Below are positions 58,623 through 64,000 of a stretch of DNA of 64,000 bases, piece after piece. Each line of letters starts with the position of its first letter. Position 1 is the first letter of the stretch. Origin of the DNA: Cyanophora paradoxa CCMP329 (Eukaryota > Plantae > Glaucophyta); the NCBI GenBank assembly GCA_004431415.1, contig QPMI01000545.1, positions 62,001 through 126,000 on the forward strand, in the 5' to 3' direction. The notes beneath the pieces were generated by a model, which saw only the letters and a list, made by a program, of their open reading frames with translations, did no database searches and was not told the DNA's origin. Made by a program: the position numbers and the translations under genes.

Positions 58623-59105
58623 TAGTTGAATTCAAAGACGAGTTACATATAGATACTTCGCACATCGATGCAGGAGAAGCAAGCAATGCACTGCAGCATC
58701 GTAGTCCAGCTTCAAGGGGGCCGCGCCGACCCGAGGACTCCACCAGAACTAGTCGGCAACTAGTCTGACATCGTGAAATCACGATGTCGACGCGAGAAAT
58801 CAATCAAATGAATCATGGGGACACTCATCTAAGGCATTCGCAAAATATACAAACGGGTTTAGAAAGCTGCGCCTAATAATTATAATCTTACAGAATCCCC
58901 AGTACGAAACACACTAGATGAAGATACAGACACAATCAAAATGCTATACGAAGCATATGGCGATATCGATGATGAAAGAGGCGACGAAGGATGGCGAGGT
59001 CCGAAAAAGCAAAGCGAGAGGGGTGGCCGTGGCTGCGGCCGTGGGCGGCCCCCGGGCGGGCCCGGCGCGGGCGCCGGCGGCCTCGCCGGCTGCTGCTGCT
59101 GCTGG

Positions 59106-62100
59106 CTACCCCGGGGCCACCTTGCTCGCCTTGGAGAAGCTGGCGGATCCGGAGCCGCCCGCTCGCGCGAAGCTGCCCTTCCCCGCCGCCCCGCCGTCCC
59201 GCGCCCCGAAACTGCCCTTGCGAGCCGCGCCGCCGTCCCGCGCCGCGAAACTGCCCTTGCGAGCCGCTCCATCCCCCGCGAAACTCGCGTTTCGCAGGGC
59301 GCCGTCCTGCGCCGCGAAGCTGCCCTTGCGCGCCGCCCCGTCGGCCGCAAAGCTGCCCTTGCGCAGGGCGCCGTCCCTCGCGCCAAAGCTGCCCTTGCGC
59401 GCCGCAAAGCTGCCCTTCCTCCCGCCGCCGCCGCCCAGAGCGGCGTCGCCGTCGCCCTCGGGCCCCGGGCCGGAGATGGAGGCGCGCTTGCCGAAGGAGC
59501 TGCCGTGGAGGATGCCGGCGTACGAGGAGGAGGAGGTCGTCCGGTTCCAGCCGGCCTCCTTGGGCGACAGGACGCGCCGGGCGACCCGCGCGAGGTACGC
59601 GTCCCGCGCCGCCGCCGCCGCCACCTCCGCCCCGTTCGCGAGCTCCGCGCGCTCGGCGCCGTGCGGCGTGTGCGCCGCCTGCAGCAGCAGCGCCTGCGCC
59701 ACGTCGTGGGCCTGGCCGCCCCACCGCGCCGCGTTCGTCGCCCGCTCGAAGTGCCGCCGCGCCCCGCGCACGTCCCCGCGCGCCGCCCGGGCCAGCCCCG
59801 CGGCGCAGGAGCGGAGCGGGGCGTAGGCGGGGCCCCCGCGAGGCCGCGCTCGAGGAGGCGGCAGGCGGCGAGGATGCCGGCGCGCATCTCCGCCGGCGTC
59901 GGCTCGTCCCCCTCGTCCTCCTCGCTGGAGGGGCGCCCCAGGAGGCCGTCGCTCGAGGAGGAGGGCGTCGCCTGCGCGCTGCTCAGCGGCTTCGAGTTGC
60001 GCCGCGCCTCCGCCGCCCCCGCCGGGCCCGGCTTCGAGTTGCGCCGCCTCTGCTCAGCAGCGGCCTCGAGCTGCGCGGCCGGCCCCGACGGGCTCGCCGG
60101 CTTCGCGCGCGGCGGCGGCGGGTTCGCCGGCGTCGCGGCGGGGTACAGGGTCGAGGCGGGGAGGAGGAGGGGGTTGGGGACGCCGCGGGGGCCCGTAAGG
60201 GCGGCCCGCAGCAGGTGCAGGTAGAGGACGTACGCGCATGAGAACGCAAAGTCCGAGACCACCGCCGCCTGCAGTCCGAGACCGAGAATCAGATGGGTAG
60301 ATGGATGGGTGGGTGGAAAAAAAGCGGACCCCGAGGGCAGTCATGCGCTTGAGGACGGCGATGGCGTCGAGGGCGACGCGGGCGACGGGGCGGCCGTCCC
60401 ACGCGCGCCCCGCGGGGCCGTAGACGCGGTACAGCGCCTCCGCGTGCGTCGCGCCCACCGCCGCGAGGTACGGCGACGCCAGCCGCACCGCCCCGCTGCG
60501 GCGCGGTGAGAAGGAGCGTAGAAGAAGAGAGGAGGAGGAGGAGAGGGGGGGGGGGGGGGGGGGTACCGGAAGCGTGCGGCGAGGTAGGCCTCGAGGGCGG
60601 CGAGGGCGGCGGGGGCCTCGTCCTGGAAGAGCCGCAGCACCGCCACGCACGTCTCCCCCAGCGACTGCGCGGGGGCGGGGGCGCGTCAGAGGTCAGAGGG
60701 CCGAGGGAAATGCAGGGGCGGGGGCCTTGAGGGAAGGTCTAGGAGTCTCTAGGTGGGAGGCCTGGGGGCTCTGCGCTGGGGGTGGCGGGGTACCAGGTGG
60801 GCCTCGTCGAGGAGGTCCGGGTTGCGCCCCGCGCCCTCGAGCACGGCGCGCAGCTCCTCGACCAGGGCCCCCGCCCCCGCCGGCGCCGCGTGGCGCGCCG
60901 AGGAGCGGAAGGCGAGGGCGACGCGCCACACGGCGGCGTCGACGGCGCCGTTCTTGTTCCGCTGGCGCGCCGAGAGGAGGGCCCAGGCGGCGAGCGACTC
61001 GCCCGCCTCCTCGAAGCGGCGGCAGCGGATGAGGACGTCGGCTAAGGGGTTCATGAGGCCCTCGGCGACCCCCGTGCGGTCCACGCCGTGCGCGATGGAG
61101 CGGGCGAGGGCCGCCCACCGGAGCGCCGCGGGGGGCCGGCCCGCCGCCGCGAAGCACTGCGCGACGCGGGCCACGCCGAGGGCGGAGACGGCGCTCGCGG
61201 TGGGGCGCCGCGCCGCCAGCAGCGCCAGCCGCGCGATGCCGTAGACTGCGGGGCGGGGGCGTCAGTCAGATGGATAGATCCCTCTCAGGTAAGCTTAAAC
61301 TAAGCTCAGCCTAAGCTCTAAGGCCAAGCTAAGGGCGCACGGCGGAGGGTCATGCGGGAGGTGTGGAAGGCCGACGAGATGAGGGTCACGAGGAGGCCCA
61401 TCGCCTCCCTCTCCCGCGCCCGCCCCTGCCCCACCGATCGAAAAGGGCGGAGAGAAGAGGAGGAGGAAGCGGAGGAGTTAGTACCGGCTCCAGCTCCGCC
61501 TCGTCGTCGTCCTCCTCCTCGAGGCCGGCGGCGTCGTCGGCGGGGGGCCGCTTGTGGGAGAAGCGCAGGCGGAAGAGGTGCCAGCGCGCCGCGACGCGCT
61601 GCAGCAGGCCCGAGCGCGGCACCGAGCGCCCGAGGGCGTCCAGCCCGCCCTGGCACAGCGCCACCGCCTCGTGGTGCATCCTGCGGCCAGGCAGTCCCGT
61701 TTAGGCTTAGACTTGGAGGATGCGTAACTGAGGGGCGGGCGGACTCCATGCGCTGGTAGAGGTCGGCGCGGAGGCGGAGCCAGCGGGCCTTCTTGAGGGC
61801 GGGGGCCTTCGGGCTCAGCTTCAGCAGGTCCTCGTACAGCCGCGCCGCCTGCGGCCGACGAGGCGGACGAGAGGTCAGCCCCGAGCCGCCGAGCTCCCTA
61901 GCGACATGGCAGGGGCGGCCTTGACGGGTGGCACCTCGAGGTTGGCGTGGGCGGCGTAGGCGGCGGCGGCGCAGGCCTCGAGGTGCGGGCGGGCGCGCTC
62001 CGGCTGCTCCGCCAGCGCGAAGTGGTGCGCCAGCACCGACGCCGCCTCCGCACGCGCCGCCTGCGCCCGCGCGAGAGAGGGAGGGGCGCCCGTCAGGCGG

Positions 62101-64000
62101 GCCTCGTCGTTTATTTATCGACCGCGGAGCGAGGCGGTCGGGGGCGGGGGCGGACCTGGCCGTCGCCCCTCTCGGCGAGGAGGCCCTCGTGGTAGGTCGC
62201 GAGCTTGAGGTGCAGCGCCCGCCGGTCCGTCACCGGCAGCAGGCTGTACACCACCTCCTGCGCCCCGCGGCAGAGCCGCCTCAGCGGCGGGGCGCGACAA
62301 GAACCCTAGAGACCAACGGGGTGCGGCGCGCCTGCATGAGGGGCTGCTTGAAGCGGAACTCGCGGCGGCGGGGCCGCTGGCGCTCGAGCGCCGGCTCGTA
62401 GCCGGCCTCGCCCTCGTCCGGCGCCGCCTCCACCACGATGTTCAGCTTCGCCAGCGCCGCCAGCTCGCGGGGGACCGCCGCCGGCTGCGCGGGGCCCAGG
62501 GCGTGAGGCGAGCGGGGGGGAGGGAAGCCCCCGCCGGGGGCACCTGGGGGTGGATGGCGAGGAGCTCGAGGTTCGTGAAGGAGACGCCCACCACGGACGC
62601 TGTTTGAGCGGGCCGGTCGGAGGCAGAGGCGGAGGGGGGCGAAGGCGGGGCGGGGCGGGGCGGACCGAGCTTGAGGGTCATGGCCTGGGAGGCGGAGAGC
62701 TTGTCGAGGCGGGAGACGAGGCTGGCGCGGGCGCCGTCCGACGGCTTGAGCCGCCGCAGCGCCTTCTTCAGCAGCACGCTCCCCGCCCCGTCCACCTGCG
62801 CCAGCCTGCTCTAAGGATCTCTCCAGGCCGGGGCCCCCTCTCTTCGGACCTGGATGGAGCCGTCCTCGACGAGGGAGCGGGCGAGGTCGACGACGAGGAA
62901 GGGCAGCGAGTCCGTCTGCGTGCAGATGAAGTCCCGCAGCACCCGCGGCACCCGCGCCGCCCCGATCGACGCTGCGCGGGGCGCGAGTGAGGGGCGGGGC
63001 GGGGGGGGCGGGGGCGGGGGAGGGGCGCACAGCAGATGAGGGCCTCGGCGTCCGCATCGCTCATGGCGCCCAGCGCCGCCCGCTCGCACGCCCCGGCGCC
63101 CCGCAGCAGCGCCGCCGCCGCGCGCCCGATGGGGGCCCCCGGCGCGATGGGCCGGCTCGTGGCGACGACGGCGATGCGGCGCTCGGGCGGGGCGAGGGCG
63201 AGGAGGGCGTCGGCGAGGGCCGCCAGCGCCCGCCAGCTCTGCGAGTCGGCGTGGTGCATGTCTGCCGGGTCGCGCGCCTCAGCCAAAGGCGAGGGTAGGA
63301 CGGGAAAGAGGGGAGGGGGGCGGGCCCTCGAGGATGAGGAGGACGGGCCGGCCCGTCGCGGCGCGCTTCACGAGGAGCCGGACGAGGAGCGCCCGCGTCG
63401 CCTCCGCCGCCGCCTCCGCCGCCTCCGCCTCGTCTGCGCGCCCCGCAAGCTCAGCCGAGCGGCGCGGAGGCGGAGGCGGCGCGGGGCGCACCGGCGCCGC
63501 CGGCGACGGCGCGGGAGGTGCGGCGGCCGCCGCGGGAGCGGCTCGTGGCGGCCCCGTCGGCGTCGCGGCCGTCCTTCGGCCCGCCGCTCTTCAGCGAGGC
63601 GATGAGGGAGGCCCAGCGGTGGCGGATGCCGCGGCCCTGCGCCTGCGCCGGCGCCGCCAGCCTCGAGAGGTTGAGCGGCTTGCCGCCCGCCGCCTCCAGC
63701 TTGCTGATGATGCCCCGCGCCCCTTCGGCCGCCATCCGCTCGCGCAGGATCGCCCAGCCCCGCCCCGCCTGCTTTGGCCCCCCCGCCAGCGCCGCGGGCT
63801 TCGAGGCGGGCGGGGACGGGCGCGGCGGCGGCGCCGGCGGGGCAGACTTCGTCGCGTTCTTGAGCATGCTGACGAGGCCGGCCCAGCGGTGGCGGATGCC
63901 GCGCCCGCGGTACTGCAGAGGCAGCTCCGGCTGCTTCGGGAGGTTGAGCGGCTTGCCGCCCGCCGCCTCCAGCTTGCTGATGATGCCCTGCGCCCCCTCC
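59106..64000 (-). CDS. Soluble adenylyl cyclase (ADCY10)-type STAND ATPase / helical / TPR protein, 3' part; continues off the right edge
   Basis: Walker B PVLLILE|DMHHADSQSW, VVATSRP, LPFLVVDLARSL (GNPF-like), RLDKLS..QAMTLK|TASVVGVSF, FRFKQPLMQ|EVVYSLL..RRALH and LAHHF, then TPR-like helices. The cyclase domains are not in the window. Confidence 0.8.

Noticed and set aside
1-64000. tRNA, rRNA or prokaryotic operon/defence systems
   Set aside because: No cloverleaf, rRNA motif or operon-like organisation recognised by eye; tRNAscan/Infernal would be needed to exclude small RNAs.

Overview
Very GC-rich eukaryotic nuclear DNA with many short (~50-100 nt) spliceosomal introns. Most ORF-track entries are shadow ORFs, so I rebuilt the genes by reading exons across GT/GC-AG introns, and all intron boundaries are approximate. 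An 'MAF' transit-peptide start on a DUF1995 protein, plus the GC content and intron density, suggests a plastid-bearing alga, possibly a glaucophyte such as Cyanophora (inference only). Genes: 5' part of a paladin-like phosphatase; a Pro-rich protein with three Rho-RNA-binding-like OB folds; a DUF1995 plastid protein; an RDH-type SDR; a Venus-flytrap + Cys-rich + multipass membrane receptor; TSET/TPLATE subunit TTRAY2/TWD40-2; UBE2W; an F-box/LRR protein; a kinase-only ATG1-like protein; an intronless METTL24/FkbM-like methyltransferase; an orphan gene; an LRR gene fragment; and the 3' part of a soluble-adenylyl-cyclase-type STAND/TPR protein. Two repeat-rich zones (15-27.4 kb and 45.6-58.6 kb) hold a near-intact L1/Tx1-type LINE with an unusually long ORF2 tail, a ~149-bp tandem repeat, CACTA-type and other TIR miniature elements, and a G-rich 41-bp minisatellite with a ~248-bp higher-order repeat. 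The best candidates for something new are the triple Rho-RBD-like protein, the flytrap-fused multipass receptor and the RKGSF phospho-array on the cyclase-type protein. Family assignments come from motif recognition only; no searches were run.
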